Virus record (IMG/VR): IMGVR_UViG_3300043331_000441
Location: 32,001-96,000 of that record
Direction: 5' to 3' (one strand)
Origin: a virus
Length of the DNA: 64,000 nt
Position 1 is the stretch's first letter. Every line of letters begins with the position of its first letter. The notes beneath the pieces were generated by a model. That model searched no databases and was not told the origin of the DNA. It saw only the letters and a program-made list of their open reading frames with translations. The translations under genes and the position numbers were made by a program. Positions 63,031-64,000 of the stretch are shown here, piece after piece.

Positions 63031-64000
63031 CACTGGTACCCGGGCGACACGTATCCGACACCAGCCGCACCGACTGGAACAAAATCACCGTCTGGCCTAA
63101 GTCCTATCTGGAACCACTCTCCAGTGATCGGCCATGAGCCGCCGGGGTTCCAGCAGGCCCAACACGTCGCATTGCCTGCCCATGCGGAGTGCTGCGACGC
63201 CCACGGGTGCCGGGGGTCAGTCTGTAGCCAGAGGTTCTCGTGGTACTCGGCCCAGACGGCGGTCTGCTTCCACAGCGCGTACCCGTCGGGGGTGGTGTTG
63301 ATGAAGTTCGTGTTGCGGTAGTCCCACGTGCCGAGCGGGTGCTGTGAGTACTGGCGCGGCTGCATCTGCAAGACGTTGCTGGTCGAGATGAAGGTGTCCT
63401 GGTAGAGCTTGAGCACGGTCGGCCCGTTCCACGACTGGATCGTGTCGGTGTGGATCTCGTTCGGATCACCGTCGGCCGTGTGCCAGACGGGGTGCAACGT
63501 CTCCAGCCTGCTGTTCTGCACCTGGACGGTGCCGCTGTTGCCACGGCTGTTCTCGATCGTGATCGCCTGGCCCATGCCCGAGCCGTGGATCCACATGCCC
63601 TCGATATGGATCGTCCCTGATTGCCCACCGATCATGAGTCCGCGCTGGTGGTAGTTGGAGTCGCCTGCAGCAGCGACCGTGTTGATGACGATCTCGCCGC
63701 CGATGATCACCACGTTGCGACCGCCGCGAACCCAGAGAGCAGGCATGTCCCTATTCGGGTTCTGACCCAACGGCGTGGACGGCATCTTGACGATGTAGTC
63801 CTGCCCGGCGGCCAGATCGAGGAAGCGGTTGCTGCTTGACACAGTAATCGTCGTTGGGTTCGACAATGCCGGGGGCGCCCATTTCAAGGTTCCCGACGGC
63901 GGCGGTGGAGGAGGCGGTGGTGGCGGCGGAGGAGGCGTGGTCCCATTGGAGATGGTCACAACCACCTGTTGTGCTCCACCCACGTTCCCAGCAGCGTCAT
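63030..64000 (-). CDS. partial (5' end outside window) beta-helix/polysaccharide-lyase-like protein with polyproline linker
   Basis: DAAGN Ig-like end, poly-Pro linker, then GGRNVVIIGGEI...IHIEGMWI...VQVQNSRLE...HTDTIQSW. Confidence 0.65.
   Translation of the reverse strand, partial: DAAGNVGGAQQVVVTISNGTTPPPPPPPPPPPPPSGTLKWAPPALSNPTTITVSSSNRFLDLAAGQDYIVKMPSTPLGQNPNRDMPALWVRGGRNVVIIGGEIVINTVAAAGDSNYHQRGLMIGGQSGTIHIEGMWIHGSGMGQAITIENSRGNSGTVQVQNSRLETLHPVWHTADGDPNEIHTDTIQSWNGPTVLKLYQDTFISTSNVLQMQPRQYSQHPLGTWDYRNTNFINTTPDGYALWKQTAVWAEYHENLWLQTDPRHPWASQHSAWAGNATCWACWNPGGSWPITGEWFQIGLRPDGDFVPVGAAGVGYVSPGYQ

Overview
This window is a 64 kb internal segment of a high-GC tailed-phage (siphovirus-type) genome, most likely with an actinobacterial host (inference from GC content, GAAAGGAG ribosome-binding sites and gene families). 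It has two convergent arms that meet at a perfect bidirectional terminator at 33030-33065. The + strand arm (1-33000) is an early/accessory region of about 80 mostly small genes. Recognisable ones include an RlmN/Cfr-family radical-SAM methyltransferase, a LexA-like wHTH protein, a ParB-like protein, a metallophosphoesterase, a DNA methyltransferase, SLOG and vWA proteins, a lipoprotein-membrane protein-PspA operon, an LmbU-like regulator, HNH and LAGLIDADG nucleases, tRNA-Asp and a secreted transglycosylase-like protein. The - strand arm (33070-64000) holds the lysis cassette, tail fibre/receptor-binding paralogues, tape measure, tail chaperones, head-tail joining genes, a glycosyltransferase/methyltransferase pair and glycan-active virion proteins. 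No capsid, terminase, major tail, polymerase or integrase gene lies inside the window. The most unusual signals are: (1) two tRNA-like RNAs whose T-stem is split at the same position by a conserved structured insert; (2) a repeated pseudoknot element placed at RNA 3' ends around tRNA-Asp, within a larger structured non-coding array; (3) proteins built from near-identical DNA linker repeats alternating with variable mini-domains; (4) a phage PspA (ESCRT-III-like) module; and (5) a window-wide excess of the palindrome GGGCGCCC. All family assignments come from motif recognition by eye; no database search was run.
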